Shown: positions 63,820 through 64,000 of the stretch, piece by piece
Layout: every line of letters begins with the position of its first letter
Position numbering within the stretch: the first letter of the stretch is position 1
NCBI GenBank assembly: GCA_010356995.1
Contig: ML996696.1
Location: forward strand, 188,364 to 252,363
Origin: Trichodelitschia bisporula
Taxonomy: Eukaryota
DNA length: 64,000 nt
Reading direction: 5' to 3'
Made by a program: the position numbers and the translations under genes
Notes under the pieces: generated by a model
Told to the model about the DNA's origin: nothing
What the model saw: only the letters and a program-made list of their open reading frames with translations
Database searches by the model: none

Positions 63820-64000
63820 TGTATTTTACGGGGATTGGGTGGTGGTGATGATTGATGCTTGATGGCCGAGGTACGGACGCTCCATGCGCGGTGCCTACTG
63901 CGGCTAGGTATGCGAGCGCGCGGGGTGGGATGGCGAGCTGGAGGGGGGGCGGCGCGGGGGTGGTTATTGGTTCGGAGCGGGGTGAGGGGAGGGGAGGGGA

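Overview
A gene-dense, GC-rich, intron-containing genomic window from a filamentous ascomycete (Pezizomycotina-type genes, mostly 43-70 nt GT-AG introns with CTRAC branch sites), with one 100-N assembly gap. About 27 recognisable protein-coding genes: Ecd/SGT1, an SDR, a Whi5-like repressor, an FAH-family hydrolase plus gentisate 1,2-dioxygenase pair, Pcp1/Spc110, TFIIIC Tfc4, SYS1, COA6, a PARG-like macrodomain protein, mitoferrin, a spastin-like AAA ATPase, an SQS1-like G-patch protein, ATG4, the divergent H2B-H2A pair, NDUFB9, KGD2, HAUS1, SMC6, EXO1, TMA16, MAM33, CTP1 and a LACTB2-like protein. There is also an intron-containing tRNA-Ser(TGA). The most interesting unexplained stretch is about 2.5 kb of non-coding sequence (~18385-20870) with dense nested helices and UUCG/GNRA tetraloops. 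Its last helix closes just before an ATAAGT motif, which makes it a candidate telomerase RNA, possibly with a non-TTAGGG template; the template and pseudoknot were not firmly established. All assignments come from reading the sequence by eye; no searches or folding programs were run, and exon boundaries are manual.
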